Position numbers and translations under genes: made by a program
The notes under the pieces: generated by a model
Seen by the model: only the letters and a program-made list of their open reading frames with translations
Told to the model about the DNA's origin: nothing
The model's database searches: none
NCBI GenBank assembly: GCA_040437565.1
Contig: JBDOQK010000002.1
Span: forward strand, 248,001 to 312,000
Source of the DNA: Albugo candida
Lineage: Eukaryota
Direction: 5' to 3'
Length of the DNA: 64,000 nt
Part shown: positions 50,130 through 63,642 of the stretch, in pieces
Layout of the letters: each line of letters begins with the position of its first letter
Numbering within the stretch: the first letter of the stretch is position 1

Positions 50130-51069
50130 GGGAACATGTGGATTTTATACCACTTTTTTCAAAGAGGAAGCCGTTATAGCCACCCTCCTAACTTAAATCA
50201 GAACAGCGGTGTCTTTACACCACCTATGGGAACCGGTATCGCCACATCCACCAAACTTATGTGTCGCTCCTACCATATGTGATGCTGGAAGTTTGAATGG
50301 GCGTGGTCTTAGCGTCTAGAAACTAACCTCTCGATACGTAATCAACAATCCGATATTACAGCCGTACTTAATTGCAACGCAAAGTACTATTAGTAAAAAG
50401 AGAGANNNNNNNNNNNNNNNNNNNNNNNNNNNNNNNNNNNNNNNNNNNNNNNNNNNNNNNNNNNNNNNNNNNNNNNNNNNNNNNNNNNNNNNNNNNNNNN
50501 NNNNNAAACTTATGTGTCGCTCCTACCATATGTGATGCTGGAAGTTTGAATGGGCGTGGTCTTAGCGTCTAGAAACTAACCTCTCGATACGTAATCAACA
50601 ATCCGATATTACAGCCGTACTTAATTGCAACGCAAAGTACTATTAGTAAAAAGAGAGAACACGGAAAGTAGGAATGAAGAAATGGATCTTGATGGCAACG
50701 AGATAATTGAGATGGAGCGTTCATAGTCAGCAAAATATAATCTCTGAAACAACGCGTGATAGGTATCAAGCAAATGAATTTAAAATCAGAATGAGTGAAT
50801 TAACCAAGCACACCAATTCGAGAGGTTGATTTCTGACTTGTATCGCAGCTAGATATATTTCAATTTAGGAGGTGTGGCGACACCGGTTCCCATTTAATTT
50901 AGGGGATTTAGGGGGTTGGCGCTACTAAAGTTTTGTTAAGGGGTTTAGCGAATGTGGCAATACCCGTTCCCATTATTAGAATATTTACCGGGTGTAACGA
51001 TACCGGTGTTCTCATTTAAGTTACGGGGTGTGGCTAAATCAAAAGGGGTGTGTGGCTATACCGAATCCC
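50130..51069. mobile_element. MITE-like non-autonomous element (PIF/Harbinger-like ends)
   Basis: GGG...CCC ends flanked by TTA on both sides. Inverted subterminal motifs TGGGAACCGGTATCGCCAC/GTGGCGACACCGGTTCCCA and TAGCCAC..TAACTTAAA/TTTAAGTTA..GTGGCTA. Confidence 0.55.
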
Positions 51070-51189
51070 TTATTTATTTTGTTATATTTATTTGAACAAT
51101 CAGAGGCCACACTTGTCATTATTTATGGAGACTGGTGGCTGGATAACGGCTCTCTTGACAAAAATGATACAGTAGACACTGATAATTAA

Positions 51190-51959
51190 GGGAGCCGTTA
51201 AAATCCCCTCAGTGCTTTCTGTAAATCCCCTCAGTTTGATATGATTGGCTAATTTTATGCTTGCATAGCGCTAACCTTCGCCTAGGTAAGGGAGAAAATG
51301 ATAGCGCTGCCCGCTACTTTCGACGTGAACTATTTTGCGCTCAATTTTGCGTTGTGCACGGGTCTTCATGACACAAGAAACATATTTTTCATAAAATTGG
51401 TCCTTAAAGATGGTTTCCGGGTGAGAATGATAGACTCTTCCGTAGTCGATATGGTTGAATTCTCAGTCTCGGGAATTAGCCAATCATATAAAAACGACTC
51501 GAACATTAGCCAATCATATCAAACTTGATGCAGGACGCAAATTGCAACTCCTGGCATTATGTCCTGTTGCTTGACAAATACTGCATCTGTGAAAGCGACG
51601 GTTTTGTGGATTAGAAATCCGACTTTGATTTTCTGCCTGGACATGTTCAAAGCCTATTAAGATTTGGTGATTCATGATTGGTTAATACGATCAAACGTGA
51701 TTGGCTAAAATATCAAAACACGATAAAATATGATTGGTTAAAATTGCATGGGGTGAGTTTAGTAAAAAGCAAGGGTGAGTTCAGCAATTNNNNNNNNNNN
51801 NNNNNNNNNNNNNNNNNNNNNNNNNNNNNNNNNNNNNNNNNNNNNNNNNNNNNNNNNNNNNNNNNNNNNNNNNNNNNNNNNNNNNNNNNCGAACATTAGC
51901 CAATCATATCAAATCAAGCGGATTTTACGAAACGCACTGAGGAGATTTTAACGGTTCCC
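51190..51959. mobile_element. MITE with ~65-bp imperfect TIRs (span includes a gap and a duplicated flank)
   Basis: GGGAGCCGTTAAAATCCCCTCAGTGC...TTTGATATGATTGGCTAAT is the inverse of ATTAGCCAATCATATCAAA...GCACTGAGGAGATTTTAACGGTTCCC. Confidence 0.7.
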
Positions 51960-51967
51960 ATAATGAA

Positions 51968-52350
51968 AGGGAATTGCTAAACTCACCCTCGCTTTTTACT
52001 GAACTTACCCCATGCATTTTTAACCAATCATATTTCATCATTTAGTCAATCATTTTTGATTGATTTGATAAAAGTTGAACTTGATGCAGGACGCAATCTG
52101 CAACTCCTGGCATTATGTCCTGTTGCTTGAAAAATACTGCATCTGTGAAGGCGACGGTTTTGTGGATTAGAAATCCGACTTTGATTTTCTGCCTGGACAT
52201 GTTCAAAAGCCTATTAAGATTTGGTGATTCATGATTGGTTAATACGATCAAACGTGATTGGCTAAAATATCAAAACACGATAAAATATGATTGGTTAAAA
52301 TTGCATGGGGTGAGTTTAGTAAAAAGCAAGGGTGAGTTCAGCAATTCCCT
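51968..52350. mobile_element. 383-bp MITE with ~68-bp near-perfect TIRs
   Basis: AGGGAATTGCTAAACTCACCCTCGCTTTTTACTGAACTTACCCCATGCA... is the inverse of ...TGCATGGGGTGAGTTTAGTAAAAAGCAAGGGTGAGTTCAGCAATTCCCT. Confidence 0.85.
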
Positions 52351-52897
52351 AATTAAATTGTATGATCGGATCATGGTAAGAAGGAAGATGATCAGAACAG
52401 TAAGGATAGTAAGGGAGAGAAGATTTATGAGGATGCTAAGGCAAAGAAGGGGATGAGGAGAAGTGAAAAGGAGCACGGGAAGAAGTAATGGAAGAGGTTG
52501 ACGTTAGAAGTTAAGGTTTTATAGCCGCAATGTTTTATGCTGAATTTGCATGTATACGTTATGATGCTTCCTAAAATAAGCAATTCAGGAAGCAAGTGTG
52601 AAGTTATAACAAAACAAATGCGGAGCTAACATTGGACAAGGAGCCAATCATGGACGTTATGGATTTGATGAATCGATGCACGAGCATTCAATGATTGTTC
52701 CCACCAATCACAAGGCACTACTCGAATCAAGCTGAATGCAGCAGTGATAAAACAGTCAAGGATCAGCACTGTGCAAATGTGAGTGAAATGGATACGTGTT
52801 GTTTCTTACACTGCTTTTGGCATGGCTCTTGACTGAGACACGTGCAAGAGCTCGTGAATTGCAATCACTACAAGGTTACCGGTGGAATTCTTATCAC

Positions 52898-53221
52898 TTA
52901 ACAGCAATGTAAATCCTGCGGTACAACTGTAATGTCCCATGTCGCACTCGAACATATGGCACTAATTTTCAGAGTAACAACAAAAAATTTGGGTTTGGCA
53001 TCTGATACACCGGTACCTTTGACATGCATAGTCCCGACGCTTTGCTGCAGATTGACGTCAACGTTGCGGACACTCAACTTTTGTCCGGAATTCATGGTGA
53101 CACCCTTACGCTTCAATTCATTCCTTATATCCTTCGACTTGATCGTATTGCTACGAAACTGTAAATTCTGTACACACATGATTGCTGTGCAGAACATTGT
53201 GAGAAATAGTTTGATGAACAT
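52898..53221 (-). CDS. Small secreted protein candidate (107 aa)
   Basis: ATG 53221 gives a signal-like MFIKLFLTMFCTAIMC. Intact ORF lying between transposon remnants. Confidence 0.55.
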   Translation of the reverse strand: MFIKLFLTMFCTAIMCVQNLQFRSNTIKSKDIRNELKRKGVTMNSGQKLSVRNVDVNLQQSVGTMHVKGTGVSDAKPKFFVVTLKISAICSSATWDITVVPQDLHCC

Positions 53222-53961
53222 TGAATAATATGTGAGACCGGGTACAGATGAATCTCGTTTGTTGCTGGCAGAATGGGAAGTGTTAAATGAGATAGAAATT
53301 ATCAAGACACCAAACGTGCTCTATACATCAAACCAAGGTATTGCGGAACTTGAAGAATAAAAACATCTACCCTATACAGAGCCTAGCATGAACAATCGGA
53401 TTGGTCAATATAGNNNNNNNNNNNNNNNNNNNNNNNNNNNNNNNNNNNNNNNNNNNNNNNNNNNNNNNNNNNNNNNNNNNNNNNNNNNNNNNNNNNNNNN
53501 NNNNNNNNNNNNNTTGCTGGCAGAATGGGAAGTGTTAAATGAGATAGAAATTATCAAGACACCAAACGTGCTCTATACATCAAACCAAGGTATTGCGGAA
53601 CTTGAAGAATAAAAACATCTACCCTATACAGAGCCTAGCATGAACAATCGGATTGGTCAATATAGAAACATATGCTAGCTAGTAGGGCTGCAAATGAATC
53701 CAACTTTCAGATATAACAAGAACAGCGTAAAAAGAGAAGTAGACAAGTGACCTGATTGGCTAGCGTACTTAGCAATAATTAAGTTTTGTGAGCTGTGATT
53801 GGTTAGATCAATTGTCTGGGGCCGTGATATTTTGTCTGTGGCCGTAGTATTTATGTCTGTGGTCATAGCAACTCCCATAATTAAAACAACTAGCTTATCT
53901 ACAAAAGGAAGTGGGATGGGTTGTGAAGTCAGTGATCTTACAATTCTATTTATCATAGCTA

Positions 53962-54608
53962 CAGTGCACGACACCTATAACCAGCACCTCCACCCGGTAC
54001 GCAAGATTTTTTTGGGACACTCAATTACCCACTTGAACAAAAATCTCTCTCTATATCATAAAATTACATTGCCGTGGCTTTCTGACAATAGAGTCGGATT
54101 TTTGCAAAATTTATTTTTGATGAAGTTAGAAGCCTTTGAAGTTCGGCAAATTTTCGTGATTATGTATGGAGCTATGGAAATTTGGCCGGACATCNNNNNN
54201 NNNNNNNNNNNNNNNNNNNNNNNNNNNNNNNNNNNNNNNNNNNNNNNNNNNNNNNNNNNNNNNNNNNNNNNNNNNNNNNNNNNNNNNNNNNNNNGCAGGT
54301 GTTTTTTGCGCTTTGATAGTTGTACCATGTTGCCTAGCGAATGTTTTTTGCTGTTTAGAATGTTTGAGGGTGTTGGTTATGTATCTACTGTATGTAGTCT
54401 ACAAATATATCTCCATAGGTGTCCACCCTATAGTTTCGCGTTACATATTAATGTCGGATTCCGATTGGTTCACAGAACAGGTATTTCTCACGTAATTGGT
54501 TCACAAAACAGGTTTTTGTCACGTTAGAAGTATACTTTGCATGAAATAGATTTTTGGAAATTTGGCCGCAAAAATATGGGGGTGTCGGTTACAGGGTCGT
54601 GCACTATG
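53962..54608. mobile_element. Tc1/mariner-like non-autonomous element
   Basis: Left end TA|CAGTGCACGACACCTATAACCAGCACC and inverted right end GGTGTCGGTTACAGGGTCGTGCACTATG|TA. Contains a gap. Confidence 0.6.
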
Positions 54609-54899
54609 TAAGAAAAAAAATGAGCCAAAGGATGTTTTTAAAGTGCGCTACCATACGTCACCTTCAGTATATTGCGGTAGCTGTGAGCGCAAATCGCGAG
54701 TAGTCATCATGGATGAATTTCGTCGATCTAGAATTATATCTGCGTGACCCACACCGATACGACGACAATAGGGTATACAAGACGAGCAAGCTTTATGCGA
54801 CATGTCGTCCGCTACCTATCGCTTCTATCGATCAGTATTACACATGTTTGTGTCGGCATAACCGCTGCACCGGCTCTTCGCGTCTCCGTCCAGCCTCTT

Positions 54900-55430
54900 T
54901 ACCCTGATGCCCTAATGCGTTCGTCTTCTCTCTCAGGTATTCTGGTTCTATTCTGCCCAATATCTCAATTCTTTGCAGTGTGCACATGTGCCACACACGG
55001 AATCAGCCATTCAACATCCCCAATCAACCAAATCGACGCAGCGTATGATGAAAGCTTATTATGCTTGATCTGTATTCGTAAATGCTTACTGTGTGACTCA
55101 GCTCTTCATGTGGTTTTCTTCCATAGAGTAAACAAAGCCTGCAAAAGCCTGGTTCAAGCATAGATCCTGTGATACATTTGTTGCATTTCTGGTGCATATC
55201 CTACTTGAACTAGTTGGTGAGGGAGTAGAGGAAGAATGGTTCCTCATTTTACGTTCGCTTCACGCTCTGGGATGTCCAGTATTTTTGATACTTTTGGAGA
55301 AACTGGTTCGTGCATAGGACGCGTGTTACCGACGTGGAAAGAGTACTTTAGTACTTTTATTTTTTTCCCTTCGAGCTGGTACGAAATGTCAAAGTATGCG
55401 AGAAAATTGCATAGCGAAAGCTACTCTACC
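54900..55430 (-). mobile_element. Possible Gypsy RNaseH/integrase-junction remnant
   Basis: LCNFLAYFDISYQLEGKKIKV resembles the W..FL..YDF.I.Y..GK.N.. motif. Frames are disrupted. Confidence 0.3.
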
Positions 55431-56599
55431 CTATGAGAAAACAATTTTCTCCAATACCTTCGGAACGTCCACGTTTTGGTCAACCTGGTCCTTATTGATT
55501 GGATTTGAGAGAAGCACCAGCCACGGCAACAAGGAAACAGCAACAAAAAACAAAAAAACAAAAACAACAATACGCACTAAGACTTGCAACCAGCAAAACA
55601 AATACAACCAACATCCAGCACCAAAAGCACTCGTGGTGCTCCCACATTAGGTGGAGTAGGCAGTTCCAAGACAAATATTGGAGGCGAAAAAATCGGAACG
55701 AAAGCTCTCCGGCCAAATATCGTATAAGTTCAAAGCTCTTCCCAGTAGCACGCTGTTAGGAGCACGGGACTTACTGCAAATCTCTCTTCCCATCAGCAGG
55801 AGTCTACACGCAGCTGGCAAGCACACGAGATAAACGTAACCGGGTGTAGCCGCTCCAACAAATGTTCCCCATAAGAACCACCTCTTCCTCGCCCAATGGT
55901 GGCGACTAGCAATTACTCCGCTGTGCTCGCAGCCATGGAGGTAGAGAGTGAAGAAGTAAATGCGGTTCCAACCCGGATAATGAAATACCATTCAGATTGT
56001 TCCCGTGAAAGCACGGATGCCAAACACGGTGGCCACTTCAAAAGAGGCGGCACACTTTTATTAAAACGTCATACAGCGGTCGAAAAAGCGGATCGATTGA
56101 CCAGAATTGCTGAATAGGGAAGCTCATGGAAATCCATTCTAGAACGCTCTTCACCCGCTCCAGCCGGACTAGAGTATCCAAGCCGATGCACGCATCCCAC
56201 ATATGCGCAGACTAGTTCAGTTCAGCACCAACCAAAAAAAACCTTCGGGAAGCACTAGATCATCAGATCACCATGAATGGGGTTCTTATCTCTTGCATGA
56301 TGTCAAACGTTCACGCGTTGAAAGCAGTTGCACATCCCCTTCGAGTCAGTCGCGTTTTTGAAGCACACAATCTCAGGAAAATGTTAAAGTAATGCGTTGG
56401 TGGAAGTTGGTTCCACAGGTAGGTCACTGTTCGACTCGAGCAATCAATGCTCTTGAGTTTATGGAGCTTAGATTTCTTTGCACTTTCCCGACGTTCTACA
56501 CCAATGATCACTGGATCCAATATCCTGTAGATGGGATAGTAATTTGGATTCTGAGTCATCATTGTCGTTTACTGCCTCTCAATATACCCTAATATTTAC

Positions 56600-58440
56600 G
56601 CTCTGATTTGGGCATCAAGTTTTGTGAAAATGGTTCGGAGTTGAACGGCGAAGGGGTCTGCTCAATGAACGACGAGATCTTCGTCAATAATAGCTATTTC
56701 CCAGAAGAAACTGCAGCACTCCACCTCGCCATACAAGATGGTATAGACGAAGCTGATCGCCGGCCCACTTCAGCGTTAATCAAAGGGATCCTCAATCATA
56801 TCAACGTGAAACAACATTTTAGCACTCAGAATGGAATTTATCAAAATGGTCATCTTATTATCGACCACGTCCCCTCACAATACTCCATTCCTCGTGATCA
56901 AGGAACCAAGTCTCGCGATCGCACAAAATGTTTGTGAATTAACACGGCAGTGTTCTTCTACATCAAACTCAAAGTCGCAATGGCGATGTGATGACAATCA
57001 TTCGCTCAGACTTTCCTGGTTATACAACAGCGGGAGAAATCACCAAGCGAAGTATTCACTGGTATTCCGTGTTCTCATTTACGATCTACCGGTGTATACT
57101 CACAATATATACGTACCTAACGAACCTTAGGAGAGAGTGTTTTCTTTGAGTTATTCCTCTATAACAATTTCGAATCGACCGGAACACATCTCGCACTTGC
57201 TGATTTCACACCACTCGTTCCAGCTATCAATCATTCGAGAGGAAAAATCCGTGAGGAACCATGTCGATTAACGTGTTTAGAATGGGTTTCGTAGATGAGG
57301 TGGTAGACGCTTGGCGAGCCCACCATCCGGCTGACAAAATATTCATAGGCCCGCTACCGCGCAAGATTCGATGAAGTTAACAGAGTATCCATTCATTATA
57401 ATGTTGATACCTAACATAGATCGAATATTCTCGTTCTGTGTTGCAAAATCTGCGTCTCTTCACCCACAAATGTGTAAATCTGGGCTAGGTTGATGAGAAC
57501 TCCGACTTGTTTTAGATTTTGATCTCACTTTTCGTCAATGAGTGACCCAAAATAGTTGGATGTTAGACTGGTTTTGAGTCAACTTGATTGAAGTTGTCGA
57601 TCATTAGTGACATGCATGCTTCCTGGAAATGTTTATCACACTCCTGCCTCGGCTACACTCAACTTTCATACCAAGATTGCATCTATATTGATCAAGTTTT
57701 CAGTTCTGAATCCTTGCTTCGAGCGGAACGTAATACTGTTAATTACCTTCAAAAAGGCCTGCTCCAATCAGCATGCCGCCAACAATTAAAGCAACATTTG
57801 TGAATTCATGTTCCGCTTGTAGAATTGAATTGCACGAATCCGTCTTTCATCGATTAAGCCCTAGCTTTATTGCAAATAGATTCGATATGATCGTGTTCCA
57901 TGTGGTGGCTGCCTGCTTTAAAGTATAAAAATCCGGCTCAACTTGGAAACGTCGTTCGATGTCCGACTTCTAACTCTAGAGAACACATGCTAAATCCCAT
58001 TTTGGACGCTCGATGGATCCGCAGACGACGCAGCATCTAACACTTTGGTTTATTCCCCTCCCATACAAGAGTTTGCATTGAATCGATACCCCTTTGAGTG
58101 GCCACATGGATACACTTCTTCCATCATACGATCAAGAACTGCCGAATACCCCCATTATCTTTCTTTGTGTGATANNNNNNNNNNNNNNNNNNNNNNNNNN
58201 NNNNNNNNNNNNNNNNNNNNNNNNNNNNNNNNNNNNNNNNNNNNNNNNNNNNNNNNNNNNNNNNNNNNNNNNNNCACTTTGGTTTATTCCCCTCCCATAC
58301 AAGAGTTTGCATTGAATCGATACCCCTTTGAGTGGCCACATGGATACACTTCTTCCATCATACGATCAAGAACTGCCGAATACCCCCATTATCTTTCTTT
58401 GTGTGATACCCTCGATGACAGCGTATTTCTCAGCTAAGTC
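56600..58440 (+). mobile_element. Degenerate non-LTR (L1-like) retrotransposon, APE endonuclease region
   Basis: HNIYVPNEP (~57100), HLALADF (GDFN-like, ~57190) and VVDAWRAHHPADKIF (~57300), with stops and frameshifts. Confidence 0.65.
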
Positions 58441-58729
58441 GGATCAACCTCATACTTGCAGCAGGAGAGCATCAATTGAAGTAGGTGACACATGGGGTTT
58501 ATAGTAGCCAAATGCAATAAGTCTTACCTTATAACCCTTCTTTTATGTCTTCTTTGTCATTCCTCTTAAATAAATCATGGTGCCGATCACTTTCTAGATT
58601 GATGAGAGTTTTACAACTGTCACAATTGTTTTTTCAATGCTGCCATCTCCGCTTTGATGATATCAAACCGCTTCTCCTCTATTATGCTGAATTGAATAAG
58701 AGATCATTCACGTGGGAGAGCAACGTCTA

Positions 58730-60750
58730 AAAGTGATAGATACGGCTTCCTCGCATAATATGTGGTCTAGAATGCTTACCAAGACCAAAAAATTCACTAT
58801 CATCATATCTTCTCTGCTTCCGCTTTATAGACGTGGTAAGAAAATCGTCTATAAAGAATTTTCTTGAGTATAATGAAGATGGCTGTTGAGTTTTTTCCAT
58901 TTCGGAATCAGCATGATGCCTTGTTACACTATCAACTGATTGGTCAGCCTTATCATGGTCGTAGCCACTCTTCGTCACATAGATTTATTTCAAGTAAGCT
59001 TCCGCCACTTGGCCTTACTTCTTTTTGTTGGTACTTGAGACACAGCTGTTCATACCGCCACCTGATTTTCTGAATCGATCAGTCGATGTCCCCTTGGCCA
59101 GTGTCGAATACCTGTCAAACATAGAATAGCATTCTTTGTCATCTGTCATCCAGCTTTTGTCGCTTCACCTTATAGATCTTTGTAGAACGCTTGGAAGCAG
59201 TAACACACAAGTTGCTCAAATTCGGCTAAGTTTAGTAGTATACTTCAATTCGTTTCTTGGATTTTCAAACGGATCATAAATGCGATTGACGATTTAAACC
59301 ACCAAATTGTTTGCTTCCGTTCACCATGCTTGTCTTCCATGATATCATATGACGAGCTCTCTCCATGCGTATAGGGCTTATTCACTCAGCTAGTCCGTTT
59401 TGTTTAAGGTGATTAAGACACAGTTGTATAGTCCATAACCACGGCAATTCGACAAGACTTGACCATTTTATTGTTGATCTATTCCCCCCTCATGTTGTCG
59501 GTACCGATACACTTAGCTTTCTGTCAATTTGGTTCACCATGCAAGCTTTTTACTCTACACAGACCTCGCTCTTCGATTCGATGCTACAGGCGACTGTATA
59601 TCTTGAGTAAATGTCGATGAAAGTGACAACGTACTTCGCAGCACTGTGTGATTTTGGTTTGGATGGGATCCGACTCGTCACTATCTACAAGTTAAGAGCT
59701 CGGCTGTCTTGAGCTGACTGCACTATGCTTTTGGTAGCGGTTCCACATTCATTTTCTCATTGATACATATTTCAAACATTTGATAATCACCAGGTCGATT
59801 TACATCCAAATTTAGTCCATGAATACATTTGTGACTCTTATGAAATCTGACATGATATATGTCCCATACATTTTTTCCAATTCGATTGAACATCGCCACA
59901 CGGAACTTGCCTCTTTTCTTACGTATTCTTAACACCAAAGCTGATGCTGGAAAGAGTCGACGATCCCGATACCAAAAGCATATCATGAATTTTGACTCGT
60001 GTATTATGTTTCAGCTTTTGTGGCTGTCATCTTTATGTCGTTTGCTACATGGATCTAAATCCGATGACTTGAGGAGATCGAGATCCGTGAATTCTTCTTC
60101 GAACAAACTCATGTAGCTGCAGGCACTAATTACCAGTTACGTAATTAGCGCATGCTCTTTGTTTGGTTGTTGTCCTGGTTGCAATCAATGTCTTCGAGCT
60201 AAAATATTTTATGAATTACAGGTCCGCAGCGAAAAAAATTCCCGTTAAGCTTCTGTGGTGTTCTATTCTGCTGTTTGGATTGCAGCGATTTGTATGCCAG
60301 ATGATTCATCTCCTTCGCTCGCATCATGTCCATCTTTGGTATGTTTTTACCAATCGAGCAACAGTCATTCGATAGAATTTTTTATAATTGGAGGACTTGT
60401 TCATCTTAACCCATGCTATCTCGATTGCGGCGACTATTCTGCAAAACTCCTCAAGTGTCATGGGATGCTTAAAGGACTTTCCTGTCTTTTCAATCTTAAA
60501 TTCGTGAACTTGTCGTCTCAACATTATAAAAGTTTTAGTGATTTGTCAAACAGTAACGTTCGATAGATTCTCCCACGCTTAGGTTATGCTTATATCTTGA
60601 CGCATCAAGGATTTATCTGCCGTTTGACCATGTTCCCAATTATTGCATCATTGACTCTCAACATTCCCAATGCCGGGTTGTCCTCATACTTCATCTTCAT
60701 TGCGCTGAAATATCTTTGGACGTTCTGCTCTGCTAGCTTTAAGTGAGCAT
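58730..60750 (-). mobile_element. Degenerate Ty1/Copia element (gag, pre-integrase, integrase)
   Basis: LRRQVHEFKIEK (gag), EICINEKMNVEPLPK, KYVVTFIDIYSRYT (~59595-59637) and CIGTDNMRGE (~59480-59512), in Copia order. Confidence 0.8.
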
Positions 60751-60959
60751 TTATTCACATACGAAACAACTCTCTTCTTGACAAAAGGAGGTACTGTTTC
60801 TTTGAACTCGATCGCACAATTTGTTGATAAGAAGGCTGCTACAGTGGATAGCTTGGGGCACGGTGTTCGAAGAAAATGAAGAAGGGTCCGCCCAGCTCGT
60901 TAAGGTTGTTTTCCCGTGGTAATTATATATAGACACCCTTTTGTACTACAGATTGGTGG

Positions 60960-61075
60960 CTACCTACTACATTCTAATCACTAGTATAATACGCTCTGAA
61001 GAGACCGGTCTGACTCCTGTGCAGTTATACTCTGGTGTAGTTGCCCGCGGCCTAGACAAGCCCATGTCTTCATAC
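60960..61075 (+). mobile_element. Possible Gypsy integrase C-terminal fragment
   Basis: SEETGLTPVQLYSGVVAR resembles H.STG.TPF.L..G..PR. Confidence 0.3.
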
Positions 61076-63642
61076 ATTAGTAGGCTGATATTTGCGGGGA
61101 AGAATCTTTTCCTCCTGAAAGGGCTTCACCTCAGCCCATCCACCTCAGCTCAGTTGAAGTTGTCTGTATCTTTAAAACTAGAATTAGACTAATTGACTTC
61201 TGTGGTCACCTAGGCTATCTTGAATAACATATATACATATAATAACGTTTCGTGAAAGTACCTGTGAGAGATGATAATATGTCTTCTCGTTGATAGTCCT
61301 GTATTGCGGTAGCCTCCACCACCACAATACGAGACTGTGTCGAGGATGTAGATGATGTGAAGGCTGTAAAATGGTCAAAAAATATCGTATTTTTTCCAAA
61401 TTGATGTGCGCCACACTAGGCTTAACGCAGCCATCCAACAAAGACTACAATCCGAGCTGCACTTGCATTTCGACTTACCTGTGCCGTACCCGCAGTAATG
61501 ATCTTCGAATTCTAAAAACAGCACCGAATGAACCTTGTGTTGCGAGCTGATCCAGTACCTTTGCAAGCCGAATGCGTTCCTCTTGGTCGTAACACTGTCT
61601 TCGAAAGTACCGAACGTGCGCACTAAACGTGGTGTAAATGACGGAAAGTGCTGGAACTGTCGGAGTTGCTGATCGATGATCGAACAAACGACGATTCCGA
61701 TCTGTCCAGACGAAGTGCNNNNNNNNNNNNNNNNNNNNNNNNNNNNNNNNNNNNNNNNNNNNNNNNNNNNNNNNNNNNNNNNNNNNNNNNNNNNNNNNNN
61801 NNNNNNNNNNNNNNNNNNTCTTTTGTTTTTTGGGGTGTAATATTCTGCTGCAGTAATTATTTTTGGATAACTTACATCAGCAAGTACTATCATCTCATGT
61901 CTGTATTTGTGGGAGGGCGGGCGGCGGCGTTATATTCAGACTACCATTGAATTGAGATGTCTCCGCGTGGTAACCATGGGATCCTAGTGCTCGTCCAGTT
62001 CGTATGCGAGCCAGTATACTTCCCTTTGTGATGAGTAAGGTATCAACGTTGGCGTATCTAGTCGAGAACCGATTACGTTTCTAACGTATCGGGTTTGAAA
62101 TCGGGCTGATATCTTTCTCGATATCGGTCCAAGGTACCTTCCAAATTTTACNNNNNNNNNNNNNNNNNNNNNNNNNNNNNNNNNNNNNNNNNNNNNNNNN
62201 NNNNNNNNNNNNNNNNNNNNNNNNNNNNNNNNNNNNNNNNNNNNNNNNNNNGGGGGGGTTATATTCAGACTACCATTGAATTGAGATGTCTCTGCGTGGT
62301 AACCATAGGATCCTAGTGCTCGTCCAGTTCGTATGCGAGCCAGTCCACTTCCCTTTGTGATGAGTAAGGTATCACCGTTGGTATCTAGTCGGGAACCGAT
62401 TGCGTTTCTAACGTATCGGGTTTGAAATTGGGCTGATATCTTTCTCGATATCGGTCCAAGGTACCTTCCAAATTTTTACGTAAGAAGGGAACTAAAAAAA
62501 AAATGTACGTACTTTTACGTCGGAACAGTAAAGATCAAGCCATCGACGAAGCTGTCGTCCGGATTGCTCTGTGGAACCATAACGACCAAAACCGAACAGG
62601 GGTCAAAACCATACCTATTTTTTTTCCTGCGATGACATTAAGACTAAAAAAAAAAAAAAAAAAAAAAANNNNNNNNNNNNNNNNNNNNNNNNNNNNNNNN
62701 NNNNNNNNNNNNNNNNNNNNNNNNNNNNNNNNNNNNNNNNNNNNNNNNNNNNNNNNNNNNNNNNNNNNCTAAAAAAAAAAAAAAAAAAAAAAAAAGGAAC
62801 CAAGTTGGAGAAATTTTGAAGCCTGATCTCACCAAAATGTTTGTGTAAAAAATCTAGCCTCCAAATGTGGATGCTAAGCTAATAGCTCCAGTCCGTTACG
62901 AGACCTGATAGAATCAGTTATTTCAGTTACATTGTTCTGAGCTCAGGCGATTTGATATAATGTGATAAAAGCCAATGCGGACAGATGCGCCACTTTTTCC
63001 AGAATCTTGCAATTCTCACATATACAGACGATCTCTTGCTCTAAGATAAAGATCAACTGGACGACCTCTCGTATCTAGAGAACACAGGATTTGAGATCGC
63101 TGCAGATGTTACAGAAATGCCGGTGAGCTTCTCCAATATCGCGGCTTGCTACTTTGTTTACATCCTTTCATTGTGTTGGTATCTTCTGGCTGAGGAGAGA
63201 TCAATGATACCTTTTTGCTTTTTCATGCTACTCTGGGATAGCTGGATACGATGCAATAAACTAGGAAAGCAACATACGTGTATCAAGTCTTGAATTTGAT
63301 GCAACTGAAAAATGCAGGTGATACCCAACTTCGCTAATTCATGATGTTACAGCCCTGATTTTGATGTGATCCAGATGTACCCGTTGTAAAATGCACACCA
63401 CCTATAACCTGTAGCTTTTTTTGGCCTTAGTAAATTCACTACTCTTTACGCATGAAATATCGCATTACAAAAACAGAGATTTTATATGATAGATGCAGTC
63501 TAGCGCTTCAAAACAAAAGGCTTGGATGTTAAATTTGATGATTTTTGGATAATTTATAAGGCTCTAAGAGTTGCCTTGTTTCTCTAGATTTAACTAGTAA
63601 TTTCTATCAAAGCGTAAAATTTGGCCGCCATCAGTGGGCATA

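Noticed and set aside
55525-55625. A/C-rich tract giving a hydrophobic minus-strand ORF
   Set aside because: Low-complexity sequence within retroelement debris.
62646-62795. Poly-A tracts and poly-Lys/Phe ORFs
   Set aside because: A homopolymer at a gap edge that broke the assembly; not coding.
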